Shown: one piece after another, positions 19,583 through 29,500 of the stretch
Layout of the letters: each line of letters begins with the position of its first letter
Numbering within the stretch: the first letter of the stretch is position 1
Virus record (IMG/VR): IMGVR_UViG_3300047510_001118
Coordinates: 62,001-126,000 of that record
Reading direction: 5' to 3' (one strand)
DNA length: 64,000 bases
Notes under the pieces: generated by a model
The model's input: the letters and a program-made list of their open reading frames with translations, nothing else
Database searches by the model: none
Told to the model about the DNA's origin: nothing
Program-made: the position numbers and the translations under genes

Positions 19583-20151
19583 CTTGCCACAACTGTGATG
19601 AATTCTTGTAATGATCCTGGATGTACTTTATCTCCGTGTTCATTAAAGAAGTCCATCATTAAGTTTAAGTTAATCTTCTTTTGACTACGCACATCTGGTA
19701 ACAACAGAAACTTAATGTGCGGATAACGTCTAATCATTTCATGTATGCTTCCATCTAAGAAGTTTGTGTTTGTAACTACAAGTCCGTAGGCTACATGATC
19801 TAACTGTAAGTCCGGAAACTCTATGTCGTCGGGCAAGTATTCAACACAATGATAATGTATCTTACCAAACTCGTGTACCAACGGCATATGACGTTTAAAG
19901 AACAGTCCGTTGGTTAATAAATCAATTACACAGTCTTTATTTTTCAAGATGCCAATTATTTCTTCTAACTGTTCACGCTTTAACAGTCCAGGTTCACCAC
20001 CACCAAAGGTAACTTCTGTGCCTGGTTCGATGGCATGTACTCTACGCAGAACTTCTTCGTAAGGCAACTCTGGACGATTGTGTGTGTCTGCTACACAATA
20101 GTCACAGTGCCAATTACACTTATAAGTTAAAGGAAGTTCTATTTCTTTCAT
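19573..20151 (-). CDS. short radical SAM protein (paralogue B2)
   Basis: CNWHCDYC, GGGEP, LTNG. Confidence 0.88.
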   Translation of the reverse strand: MKEIELPLTYKCNWHCDYCVADTHNRPELPYEEVLRRVHAIEPGTEVTFGGGEPGLLKREQLEEIIGILKNKDCVIDLLTNGLFFKRHMPLVHEFGKIHYHCVEYLPDDIEFPDLQLDHVAYGLVVTNTNFLDGSIHEMIRRYPHIKFLLLPDVRSQKKINLNLMMDFFNEHGDKVHPGSLQEFITVVARWH

Positions 20152-20816
20152 CTCAGTGCTTTTAATTTCCGTATATCATTTACTTCTCTACAGGTCGTAA
20201 TCAAATGTATGTAACTGTTTGGATCAATACGATCTTTAAATTCTTGATACACTTTAAATCCGTTTGTTCTACTAAGTCCTTTGCCAATAACGTTATCTGC
20301 GCCAAATACTAAAAATTTAATATCTGGATACTTGTTGATATAGTATTCTAATCTATTCATAGTATCATCGGTGATTACTAATTGGAAGTCTATCCTAGAC
20401 TGTTCAACATAATTTGGAATCCATATTTCATCGTCATCCAGGTGCTCACTACAGTGATATAAAAAACTATCAGGTATATGGCAAAGGTTACGATGCTTTT
20501 TAAAAAATGTACCATTGGTGTTTACATTTATGAAACAGCCCTTGTCTTTCAATGTAGTCAGTAGCCAAAGCATTACTTCTTTGTTTAATGTTCCGGGCTC
20601 ACCGCCTGTAATGGCCACATCTGCTCCCTGAGGTATCTTATCTACTTTCTCTTTTAATTGCTCAATCGTTATATCTTTTCTATTATGTGTATCTTCACTA
20701 CAGTAATCGCAGAACCAATTACATTTGTAAGTCACATAGAGAGTATAGGAATTGGCTCCGTCTAGGCCTCCTTGAAAGAACTCGTAGTTTTCGTGTAGAT
20801 TATTCCCAGCAATCAT
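20148..20816 (-). CDS. short radical SAM protein (paralogue B3)
   Basis: CNWFCDYC, TGGEP, NTNG; start placed at MIAG (20816) to avoid a long overlap with the SDR gene. Confidence 0.85.
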   Translation of the reverse strand: MIAGNNLHENYEFFQGGLDGANSYTLYVTYKCNWFCDYCSEDTHNRKDITIEQLKEKVDKIPQGADVAITGGEPGTLNKEVMLWLLTTLKDKGCFINVNTNGTFFKKHRNLCHIPDSFLYHCSEHLDDDEIWIPNYVEQSRIDFQLVITDDTMNRLEYYINKYPDIKFLVFGADNVIGKGLSRTNGFKVYQEFKDRIDPNSYIHLITTCREVNDIRKLKALR

Positions 20817-21432
20817 ATACTCTTCCGTTCTGTGTATCGCCAAATATGTGTTCGTAAACTGTGTTAAATTGTCTGTGATACTTTTCTTTGTCTTCATAGT
20901 CAAACATAGGACTCACTGAACTAACATTTACACCTTTGTCGTTATGTTCAGCCAAGGCTAACATTAACTGATGTTGATAGGCTTTGCCGCCATAATATCC
21001 TAACTTGTCTAAACCAAAACTACGTTCTCTATCGTAAATTACATCAGTGGTCATGAACACAATTTTAGATTGACTGTTCATTTTCTTTAATGCTTCTATG
21101 GATAACGTGTGTGGTATAATTGTCTGTACATAAAATCCCTGTATGTATAACTTTTCTTTTATTATTCCTTTGCTGGTAAAAGAGTCAGGTTCATTGGGAT
21201 ATCCTTTATAAGCAGAGTTGTATAATAAAATATCAATTGTATCTAAGTCCTCTGTTACGGTATTAAATTTAACAACCGCATCTTCCGCAGTTAAGAATGT
21301 TAAAGTCGCATCAGTATCGTTGCCAGTCCTATGAGATAGTACACGAACAGCATGTCCGTTGGACTTTGCTTGGCGAACAAAGTCGTTACCAAATTGTCCA
21401 AACCTACTGCCGCCGACTACAACAATATTCAT
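20800..21432 (-). CDS. SDR-like NAD(P)-dependent oxidoreductase
   Basis: VVVGGSRFGQFG, YYGGK. Confidence 0.7.
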   Translation of the reverse strand: MNIVVVGGSRFGQFGNDFVRQAKSNGHAVRVLSHRTGNDTDATLTFLTAEDAVVKFNTVTEDLDTIDILLYNSAYKGYPNEPDSFTSKGIIKEKLYIQGFYVQTIIPHTLSIEALKKMNSQSKIVFMTTDVIYDRERSFGLDKLGYYGGKAYQHQLMLALAEHNDKGVNVSSVSPMFDYEDKEKYHRQFNTVYEHIFGDTQNGRVYDCWE

Positions 21433-22454
21433 TTGTAGTATCCTTGTCTATAGAAGTTTACCTGATCAATCTTTTCGCCAGGTTCGGGTCTCAGTGTTAC
21501 ATTCTTAATCTGTTTCTCTACACCGTCACAGATATAGTAATGCTTACAGTTTAAACAGTCTTTGGTTTTATAATAAGTTCTATTGCGTTTGAATGCCGCC
21601 GCATCATACAGAGCCTTGTGTGGGTCCGCACGATACACCTGTGGATCTATGTCACCATTGTACACAGCAATATTCCAATCGTAGATGTCATAGATATGTT
21701 GATAGTAATTACAGACATACTGCTCATAGCCCTTCATAAAACAATAGGGCGTGTATCGAACATTGATCTTCTCTACAATATCTTTAAGTAAGTCTATGGC
21801 CTGATGTACATAGGGAGTAACTTCAGCATAGTCTATGGTTTCCTGTGCGCCAGCATCGTCCCAATAGTTCAGTGTTAGGAAGTTTACTTCAAATGGTTTG
21901 AGTTCTTTGACTAGCTCAACAAACTTAGTAGGCAAGCTCTTATAATTCTTATGTGTGACTGTACAGTTAACTCTAACCAACACTCCTAGTTCGTGTGCGT
22001 TTTTAATTGCCTGTACAATGTTCTCAAAGCCTTTGCGATGTCCTACTAGGATGTTGTGGCTTTCTTTATCATAGCCGTGTACTGAGAACAGTATTTCTTC
22101 TAAGCCGTGCTCTTTGCTTTTACGTAAGAACTCTTTGTCGGCAAACTTGTAGCCGTTGCTCAGTGTGCTGACCTTTAGTCCTTTACTCTTACAGTAGTCC
22201 AGTATGTCAAACCATTGCTTGTGTATACTACTTTCTCCGCCACTGAGATCTGCTTCTTTGATGCCGCAGGCTACAAGATAGTCTATTCGTTGTCGTATGG
22301 CATCGAACTCAGTTACATCATTTAACTGTGTTTTGTAATAGCAGAATTCGCAACGATAGTTACAGTGAGTGCCAGTGTCTAACTTGGCACGTTCACAGAT
22401 TGGTTCGTCACGGTCTATCTGTAACTTGTTGCTGAGTTCGTTGTAAAGTCTCAC
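21429..22454 (-). CDS. radical SAM protein with C-terminal Cys cluster
   Basis: CNYRCEFC, SGGE, SNG; CLNCKHYYICDG. Confidence 0.9.
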   Translation of the reverse strand: MRLYNELSNKLQIDRDEPICERAKLDTGTHCNYRCEFCYYKTQLNDVTEFDAIRQRIDYLVACGIKEADLSGGESSIHKQWFDILDYCKSKGLKVSTLSNGYKFADKEFLRKSKEHGLEEILFSVHGYDKESHNILVGHRKGFENIVQAIKNAHELGVLVRVNCTVTHKNYKSLPTKFVELVKELKPFEVNFLTLNYWDDAGAQETIDYAEVTPYVHQAIDLLKDIVEKINVRYTPYCFMKGYEQYVCNYYQHIYDIYDWNIAVYNGDIDPQVYRADPHKALYDAAAFKRNRTYYKTKDCLNCKHYYICDGVEKQIKNVTLRPEPGEKIDQVNFYRQGYYK

Positions 22455-23271
22455 GTTCTATCTCTTGGTATTGTTGATCAACTGGCACAGGATTGATCAT
22501 ATATTTCTTTTTACTTTCGGCCATTAGTTTAAAACTGCTGATGCTTTCCTTGTAACAGGTTCTACTAAAACTACTACAGTGTTTGACACAGATGCTTTGA
22601 CTGTCAAAAAACTTGTAGCGTATTGGATCTGTCAGTGCGTCTTTTAATGATGTATTGTGTAAGTTAGCAAAGGCTACCCTATCGTTAGGTGGTGTGTTGT
22701 CTTTGACAAACTTACAGAATACTACATCGCCATTGGCCATAATCTTAGGCATACTATGGAAGTGGCATTTGAGTTTAGGATCAAACTCTTCTGTTATCTT
22801 TGTGCCTGTGTAGTTAAACTCGTAACCATAATCTCTACGCTCTAGTTTATATTGTATGCCGTTAGCATCTAATTCTTCTAAACGTTTATGTACAATATCA
22901 AATAGATTCTTATCCATTGCTGTTAGTTCTTTGAAACGAGCAGGAGTATCTCCGTAGTAACTGACACAGAGTTTAATATTGTTCATAGGAACTTCTGCCA
23001 ACTTACGTACATTAACTGCGGTAACATTAGTAAACACAATGGTATACTTCATATGTTCGTTGAGGAACGCTAACATTTCATAGATGTCAGGATGTAAGAA
23101 TGGCTCTCCCTTTGCGGGGATAAGATCTATTTCAGTAATGCCCATTTCCTTTGCTTCAAGTATTATTCGTTTGAACAAGTCCAACGGCATATACTTTGGT
23201 TCAGTAATGTCTTTGGCTTTACAAAAATAACACTTGAAGTTACAGTACTCTAGGATCTCTACAACAATCAT
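22408..23271 (-). CDS. radical SAM protein with twitch/SPASM-like C-terminus
   Basis: CNFKCYFC, KGEPFLHP; C...GDVVFC...C. Confidence 0.88.
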   Translation of the reverse strand: MIVVEILEYCNFKCYFCKAKDITEPKYMPLDLFKRIILEAKEMGITEIDLIPAKGEPFLHPDIYEMLAFLNEHMKYTIVFTNVTAVNVRKLAEVPMNNIKLCVSYYGDTPARFKELTAMDKNLFDIVHKRLEELDANGIQYKLERRDYGYEFNYTGTKITEEFDPKLKCHFHSMPKIMANGDVVFCKFVKDNTPPNDRVAFANLHNTSLKDALTDPIRYKFFDSQSICVKHCSSFSRTCYKESISSFKLMAESKKKYMINPVPVDQQYQEIERETLQRTQQQVTDRP

Positions 23272-24164
23272 ATTATACCTTTAAGTATGTTCACAAGGTC
23301 GTCACTGGGTCTTAGACACAGACTATCAAAGTCGTTTTCTATATCCCAGTTGCGCCAGTACAATCCGCGATCCTCGTCCCAATAATCGATATTGTGGAAA
23401 ATTACGGATTTACCGTAATATTTACATTCTGCTATGAACCTGGGACTACAATCCCATTTACGCTTAACTGGAGTATAGACGTAAGTGCCAAACTGTTCAA
23501 ACAAGTCGTTCACAGGAGGAATTACAAAAGTAAATCCATTTATAGATTTAGGCATATTCTCTTTGTTTGTTATAACTAGGATGTCATTGCCGTACTGCGT
23601 TAGTTCTTCATAGGAGTCTAACTGTCTACAGTTCTTAGTAGCATAGACCAACACTGAATCCTTACTAGGACCCAGTGTTTTTAATCTATCAAATAGAATC
23701 TTCTTTTTATAATTGACACCGTTTTTCTTTACAAGTTCGTAGACGCGATTGTCTTGTAAGATCCATACATTATCTTTGTCGTTGTCTTTGATTTCTTTAT
23801 TGCCGCAGGCAAAGTAAAAGATGTTATCAAATAACAGTGTCACCGGCCGCATATTAACTATGCCGCCGTCTGTGAATATTATGTTGCGTCCCTTGACCAA
23901 TGTAGGTCTATTGGCAAACACTGTGTTAGATTTGATATCCTCTATCTCTTCGTCTGTGAAATTGTATTTGCCACGGATACTGGATTCAAACGTTGGCCAG
24001 TCAATGTCTTCGCAGAGCAGTACTCCAACTTTGAAATCATTTCTTAGAGTAAAGTAATAATCTATAACTTCATAGGTGTGTCCACAGATGCCATGATTGT
24101 TATTGCTCCAAGAGTAACTAAGCCAAAGATCATAGGAGTCGTCTAACTGTGTTATCTTAGACAT
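23268..24164 (-). CDS. hypothetical, possible GT-B-like glycosyltransferase
   Basis: C-terminal SPRFIAECKYYGK resembles the GT-B donor-binding E..G motif. Confidence 0.4.
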   Translation of the reverse strand: MSKITQLDDSYDLWLSYSWSNNNHGICGHTYEVIDYYFTLRNDFKVGVLLCEDIDWPTFESSIRGKYNFTDEEIEDIKSNTVFANRPTLVKGRNIIFTDGGIVNMRPVTLLFDNIFYFACGNKEIKDNDKDNVWILQDNRVYELVKKNGVNYKKKILFDRLKTLGPSKDSVLVYATKNCRQLDSYEELTQYGNDILVITNKENMPKSINGFTFVIPPVNDLFEQFGTYVYTPVKRKWDCSPRFIAECKYYGKSVIFHNIDYWDEDRGLYWRNWDIENDFDSLCLRPSDDLVNILKGII

Positions 24165-24940
24165 GCTCGCACCATAGGACAGTTTTCTGTGAGAGTATAG
24201 TTACCTAGTCCGTTGACAACTATATCGTTGTAGCGTAATTGTATCGAGTCAGTGTTGAGATTGTAGGGTTCTTCTACAGTCACAGTCTTACCATAAAAGA
24301 ATCCTTCTGGTATGATCCTGTTGTTGGTATCTCTGACTACATGGATGTAATGAACAGCATCAATTTGATCAAATAGATCTCCAATGCCTGTATGTTGTTT
24401 TTTTAATAAGATAGGACGATTGAATTGTGTCTTTAATCTTTCATATTCATAGCGTATGTACTTTGGATCAAGACAACTGACAAATACGCCAGATTGACTC
24501 TTACAGGGTCTGAATATTTCAAAGTTTAATTTTAAGATACATTCTACATCGTAGCGTTGATATGGATACAATCCATAGTAGGTAACTGTGCGATTATTCT
24601 TATAACGAAACATCTCGTGTGTGTCATTGCTGAAACAATGTATTTCGTTGGTTAAGAATTCTTTACAGTCATAGAAAGTGTTTACATCGAGGATGAGTGT
24701 ACGATCAAGATTGAGTTTATATAACTCAACTAAGGTAACTGGAATTATGTTGTCAACTACAGTGTCGTATTTTGCCGTAAGGATTTCAACGACTAGTTCT
24801 AGATCCTTTGCGTCTATACCAACAATATAAAACTTTGCGTCAACATACTTTCTTAGAAATTTAAAGTATTCGAAACAGTAAAACAATGTTCCGTTGATCT
24901 TATTGTGTGGTTTAAACTTGTATACAACACCATAGTTCAT
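24152..24940 (-). CDS. hypothetical, paralogue of 23268-24164
   Basis: GTLFYCFEYF and NNRIIPEGFFYGK align with the neighbour's GHTYEVIDYY and SPRFIAECKYYGK. Confidence 0.45.
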   Translation of the reverse strand: MNYGVVYKFKPHNKINGTLFYCFEYFKFLRKYVDAKFYIVGIDAKDLELVVEILTAKYDTVVDNIIPVTLVELYKLNLDRTLILDVNTFYDCKEFLTNEIHCFSNDTHEMFRYKNNRTVTYYGLYPYQRYDVECILKLNFEIFRPCKSQSGVFVSCLDPKYIRYEYERLKTQFNRPILLKKQHTGIGDLFDQIDAVHYIHVVRDTNNRIIPEGFFYGKTVTVEEPYNLNTDSIQLRYNDIVVNGLGNYTLTENCPMVRACLR

Positions 24941-24942
24941 TA

Positions 24943-25560
24943 TCAGAAGTTTGCGTAGAATCGCTCTAAGAATCGCTCTTCTATGGCTTTGATTTCTTCA
25001 ACTGTGGTAGCCGCACGTATTTCATTTCTAAATGCCGTGAACTTACGTTCTAAGTGTGCCACTGCTTCAATTTCGTCTTTGTAGTTGAGATAATCTTCTA
25101 ACTTGGCGATTAGTTTTTCGTCGCCAGTTTCTAAAATTTCTAGATACTTTTCTTCACGATTTTCATTAGTGATAAAATATCCGTTGGCGGCCATGTCGTT
25201 GTTTAATACAATAAATCCGTACATGGCAAAGCCGCTGATCTTAGATAGTTCTGGAGTTACCAGCATACGTATTTTGACTACAGACGCATCTCTGGCTTCT
25301 TGAATTGGATCTGTTTCTTTTAGATCAATGACATCAAACTCTCCAGGTAATACTTCTCCTGTCTGTAGAGTCTTGTGGATGTGTACTCGCTTGCCTTCCA
25401 TCAGTGCCTGTTTGATCAACTGATGGCTCATGTAAGAAAGACGCAGAATCTTTTCGTCTTTGTCTGCTTGATTATCTAGTGTGTTTTGAGTTACGTTTGT
25501 TACAAACCAATGTGTGCCACGGTCTTGTACTGTGGCTAAATCATATATGATGCTACTCAT
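24943..25560 (-). CDS. hypothetical protein adjacent to the Cys-rich S74 protein
   Basis: 205-aa ORF with a helical C-terminus. Confidence 0.65.
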   Translation of the reverse strand: MSSIIYDLATVQDRGTHWFVTNVTQNTLDNQADKDEKILRLSYMSHQLIKQALMEGKRVHIHKTLQTGEVLPGEFDVIDLKETDPIQEARDASVVKIRMLVTPELSKISGFAMYGFIVLNNDMAANGYFITNENREEKYLEILETGDEKLIAKLEDYLNYKDEIEAVAHLERKFTAFRNEIRAATTVEEIKAIEERFLERFYANF

Positions 25561-25561
25561 C

Positions 25562-26350
25562 TTATTCCTTTACTGTTGTTGGTTCGCTCCAAAGTTCTCC
25601 GTTGTTAGGTAGTCTGTCGTAGTGTACTCTAAAGAACCCTTGCTCATCGATTTCAACAGCATGAGAGTATTCGCTTTGTAATATCTCTCCAGCCATAACA
25701 CCGATATACTTTGTTTCAGGATCCCATGTATAAGTGTAACTGTAGATATTAATTCCTTCACGTGTGCCAAGGAATTTGATGTTTTGTTTTAGACGCTCGT
25801 CACTGTAGTTACAGCCGCAGTCTCTGTGGCAGTTACATACAGCATTACAGGTACAGTCTGAGTTACAAATACAATCTTGACGCATGATGTTGTATTTGTC
25901 ACGTAGAGCAATCCAGTGACTGTCGTCAATTAGTGCGCCTGAGCTATAACTATTGGCAGGAGTCGTAGCATCTGCCGGGTTAGTATACACAGCCGCGGTG
26001 CTACCTACAGGCTCAGTAACGTTATTTGTCTGTTGAACCATTAATTCTAAATCGTTAATCTGTGCGGCGGAAATAACAGTGCTAGTGCCGAACGCACTAG
26101 TTTGGCGATTAGCAACACCGCTGAAATGATTAACTGTTCCGCTGTTAGTTGTATGTGTTTTATAGCGGTCTAATTCTGCATTTATTTTACTACGTAAATC
26201 TTCGATATCAGCCGCAGTAACACGACCTGTGGTTACAGCAAATTCTGTACTAGATGACAATGGTCTGTTTGTAGAGCAGGCTCCACGATGATTTGAACAG
26301 GTTGTTGTTCCTGAACTATTTAAATTACAAAATGTTCCGCTACAAGCCAT
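25562..26350 (-). CDS. Cys-rich fibre-like protein with C-terminal S74 intramolecular chaperone/autoprotease
   Basis: (CxCxxx)4 at 25802-25873 immediately followed by YSDERLKQNI...GVMAGE...VHY. Confidence 0.8.
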   Translation of the reverse strand: MACSGTFCNLNSSGTTTCSNHRGACSTNRPLSSSTEFAVTTGRVTAADIEDLRSKINAELDRYKTHTTNSGTVNHFSGVANRQTSAFGTSTVISAAQINDLELMVQQTNNVTEPVGSTAAVYTNPADATTPANSYSSGALIDDSHWIALRDKYNIMRQDCICNSDCTCNAVCNCHRDCGCNYSDERLKQNIKFLGTREGINIYSYTYTWDPETKYIGVMAGEILQSEYSHAVEIDEQGFFRVHYDRLPNNGELWSEPTTVKE

Positions 26351-26351
26351 T

Positions 26352-27524
26352 TTAATATATTTCCTCTTGTTTGATTTCCTCGGGCTTTTTGGCTAGTTCT
26401 TTGTCTAGATAAGCCTGAACTGTGCGATCGATTTCCCCAAATGCTTTGTAGAAACCGCACATGTTATTTACCCAACGATCAGTCCAACGATCAAAGTAAT
26501 CTTCTTTCTTGCTGTTATCTAAGCTCGAAACAGGGCAAATCATACAGGTTGTGGCCACACAGCCCTTACAGATATCGCTGACTTCACGTGCTTTTGGCTG
26601 ATAAGTTGTGGCCATTTTAATAACTTTATCGATAAAATCAGCATCATCGATATTGCCGCCCGATGCCATTTGCTCTTTATTTGGACTATATAACGAACCG
26701 TGGCAAGCGTAACTGTTACCATCTACGTTGATAGCATGCATTGATGCTCCGCTTTGGCAATGACTCTTAGCATCCCCACCGTCAAACCAAGTACACAAAT
26801 GATGTCCGTATTTTTTAACAAACGCAATCTCTTCCTTGGCAATCATCAACATCTCTTTGCGGAAGTCTGCTACCATATCCGGCATTTTATCTATAGGAAG
26901 ATCTGTTACGTAGTCAATCGTAGGTGCGTACTCAACGCGGCAGTTAGGGCCAATGTCTTTGAATCTCTCATACAATGTTTTATAATCTTGCCAAGCATTG
27001 TAGATACCTCTCATTGTTGATAGGGGAACTGTGGCCTTTAGGCTTAGGTTAACACCCTTGCGAGCAAAGTATTCAAAGTTCTCAATAACCTGTGCTGATG
27101 TAGGTTTACCGCTGTGTGTTAATCGGAACTTGTCGTTGATGTTCTTACCATCGTAACTAAACTGAATGTTTAGTTTTTTAATATTGATATTATCTAATAC
27201 ATGTTCTAAACGTTTACGATTGTAACCGTTGGTATAGATATGGAATCCAATGTTTTCAATGTGTTGGAATTCCTTCATAATATCAATAATTAGATCTCCA
27301 TTAAGGGTTGGCTCACCGCCCCAAAAGTCGATCATCAGTTCATCATAGTTCTCTTTGAACCAAGCACTTTCGTAGAACTCTCTGATACGTACTTTTAAAA
27401 TATCTACTTTATCGTCGAGTCGGCGTGTATCTGTCTTTACACCTTCGAAGCAATATGAGCAACCTAGATTACACAGTGCTGTGGTTGTAACTTCTAGTGT
27501 AAATGATCCTTTTGATACTTTCAT
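26352..27524 (-). CDS. radical SAM/SPASM maturase
   Basis: CNLGCSYC, FWGGEP, YTNG; SPASM-like CQSG...GNSYACH...CKGC...CMIC...C. Confidence 0.92.
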   Translation of the reverse strand: MKVSKGSFTLEVTTTALCNLGCSYCFEGVKTDTRRLDDKVDILKVRIREFYESAWFKENYDELMIDFWGGEPTLNGDLIIDIMKEFQHIENIGFHIYTNGYNRKRLEHVLDNINIKKLNIQFSYDGKNINDKFRLTHSGKPTSAQVIENFEYFARKGVNLSLKATVPLSTMRGIYNAWQDYKTLYERFKDIGPNCRVEYAPTIDYVTDLPIDKMPDMVADFRKEMLMIAKEEIAFVKKYGHHLCTWFDGGDAKSHCQSGASMHAINVDGNSYACHGSLYSPNKEQMASGGNIDDADFIDKVIKMATTYQPKAREVSDICKGCVATTCMICPVSSLDNSKKEDYFDRWTDRWVNNMCGFYKAFGEIDRTVQAYLDKELAKKPEEIKQEEIY

Positions 27525-27751
27525 TTGATATCCTCAATGTTTAATATTTCGTCTAAGACTGACATCATTGTTTCCTCGCTGACCTTTTCTGGTTCTTCTT
27601 GGATGATGCCTAGCATATCTTCAGCAAGTTTGGCTAGATATTCTGCTTCCTCTTGAAACAGTTCTTCGTTGGACAAATGCTTGCTGGCTTCTAATAAGTG
27701 GAAGCTCGCATTGTATAGTGCCCTATTCATTTTCTTAATACTCGTAGCCAT
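27521..27751 (-). CDS. small acidic helical protein between two SPASM enzymes
   Basis: 76 aa, overlaps both neighbours. Confidence 0.65.
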   Translation of the reverse strand: MATSIKKMNRALYNASFHLLEASKHLSNEELFQEEAEYLAKLAEDMLGIIQEEPEKVSEETMMSVLDEILNIEDIK

Positions 27752-28760
27752 CTTCGTATTCCTTTTCCATTTCTTCTTTAACGACTTGTTTAAAATCTGG
27801 GTTATTTTTTAGGGCCGCTGTCATGCGTTTAACTTCTCTATACGTATATTTATAGATATCGCAGAGCTCGACTATAGGACCTTGGTTTTTAATCTGCTCA
27901 AATAAACAGCCCTTTTTACAGTAATTCTTAACTTCACAGGTCTGACAAACGGGCATTTGGGCATATTTGGGTATAGCCGCTATCATGTCCGGACTGTCTT
28001 TAAAACGTGTACAGGGCACAACTTTGTTTTCGCTGAACATAAACATATTTGTACCAGCACCGCAGTTATCCGTAGTAACACCTTTGCTGTGATAATCCAA
28101 AAAGTGTCTTAGATAGAACAGCACAAAGTAAGGCATGCCCTGTTCTGGATTGGCAATATACCAGTCAAACATCTCAGTAATGCCTACTTTGAGTTTATCA
28201 ACGCTGTCCTGATCCCAAGTACCTACGTCACGTACCAGTGTAAGTTCTGGGTTAAATCCAAAGTGCTCTTTGATCCATAGATGATTTTCCAATAAGTTAT
28301 AACAGCCTTTGGTTATCATGCTGTGGCAACTGACTTCGGGTAACTTCTTAAACAGTTCTCGCTTTTCAAAGAAACGTTGTTTAGTTCCTTTGCCGTTTAA
28401 CTGTAGTCTATTCTTATCCTGCCATAGTCCATCAAAACTGATAGAAACTTCTATGTTGTTTCTAACTAGGAAGTCTACAGTTTCTTCTGTAAGCAGTAAT
28501 CCATTTGTAGGCATGAATAGTTTGATGTTGCCATCATCACGCACACCTTCTAGTATCTCTTCTATCAAATCTATCTGTAGCAAGGGCTCGCCACCAAAGA
28601 AGTCTATCTTAATTGTTTCATCTGGATATTGCTCACGCATCTTACGGAACTCAGCCAAATACAACACAGGGTCAATACGATTCTTAGACCACTTGTCTAC
28701 TCCGCAATATGAGCAGTTAAGATTACATTTTTCGGATAGAACAACTAATAATGTCTTCAC
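27735..28760 (-). CDS. radical SAM/SPASM maturase
   Basis: CNLNCSYC, FFGGEP, PTNG; CGAG...VVPC...CQTC...CKKGC...C. Confidence 0.92.
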   Translation of the reverse strand: MKTLLVVLSEKCNLNCSYCGVDKWSKNRIDPVLYLAEFRKMREQYPDETIKIDFFGGEPLLQIDLIEEILEGVRDDGNIKLFMPTNGLLLTEETVDFLVRNNIEVSISFDGLWQDKNRLQLNGKGTKQRFFEKRELFKKLPEVSCHSMITKGCYNLLENHLWIKEHFGFNPELTLVRDVGTWDQDSVDKLKVGITEMFDWYIANPEQGMPYFVLFYLRHFLDYHSKGVTTDNCGAGTNMFMFSENKVVPCTRFKDSPDMIAAIPKYAQMPVCQTCEVKNYCKKGCLFEQIKNQGPIVELCDIYKYTYREVKRMTAALKNNPDFKQVVKEEMEKEYEDGYEY

Positions 28761-29494
28761 TGTCTATATACCTTGTTTAACAACAGCACAACATCTAGCA
28801 AAGGTACATCAAACTCTTTGGCCAATACTTCTGTGTCTTTGGGTAGGCATGGGCCTCCGAACCCTCGCTCTCCATCTGGTCCCGGCACTTCAAAATGATG
28901 TGTGCCCATCCATGGATGATTGCGTAGGATACCTGTAACCATTGGCCAGTCTGCGCCTACTTGATTTGCCACATCATACATCTGATTCATAAATGTAAGT
29001 TTGGTAGCATAAAAACTGTTCATACAGTATTTGGCCATACAGGCATTTTCCACTGTGGTCAACACTACTCTGTCTAAATTAACTGTGCTCAGTGTTTCAT
29101 ATATATTTAATAGACGCTGTGCTTTATCCGAGTCTCCACCTATGATCACCATAGGAGGATTTACAAAGTCTTCGTTGGCTGTGGCTCTACTTAAAAACTC
29201 AGGATTAAACAACACGTCATAATCTTTGATATACTTTGGCAGTATCGTACTCTTAACTACTGTGATGCCTTGATAGCCTGTGGCTTTGATTTGATCCAGC
29301 ACAGAGGTCAGTGTGGAATAATTACTGTCATCTGTAGGTGTAGGTACACAGACAAATATAGCCAGGGGCTCTTGTCTACAGATTGCTTCAACAGTTACAG
29401 TATTATATTTTGGGTCTGAGTAAACAGCAGTGGTTTTAGAAAAGCCAAACTTTACTGCCTTGCCCACCATGCCTAGGCCAATTATTCCAATCAT
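28757..29494 (-). CDS. UDP-glucose/GDP-mannose dehydrogenase family (short)
   Basis: [29 protein letters not shown]. Confidence 0.92.
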   Translation of the reverse strand: MIGIIGLGMVGKAVKFGFSKTTAVYSDPKYNTVTVEAICRQEPLAIFVCVPTPTDDSNYSTLTSVLDQIKATGYQGITVVKSTILPKYIKDYDVLFNPEFLSRATANEDFVNPPMVIIGGDSDKAQRLLNIYETLSTVNLDRVVLTTVENACMAKYCMNSFYATKLTFMNQMYDVANQVGADWPMVTGILRNHPWMGTHHFEVPGPDGERGFGGPCLPKDTEVLAKEFDVPLLDVVLLLNKVYRQ

Positions 29495-29500
29495 CTTATT

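Noticed and set aside
18959-20816. Short rSAMs as QueE (7-deazaguanine DNA modification)
   Set aside because: Size and C..DT are similar, but the QueE FIR..GC context is missing and there is no queC, queD, folE or dpdA in the window.
26352-28760. SPASM enzymes as PqqE acting on the phage PqqA
   Set aside because: They are ~26 kb from pqqA, lack pqqBCD, and sit next to a more obvious Cys-rich substrate. Not strictly excluded.
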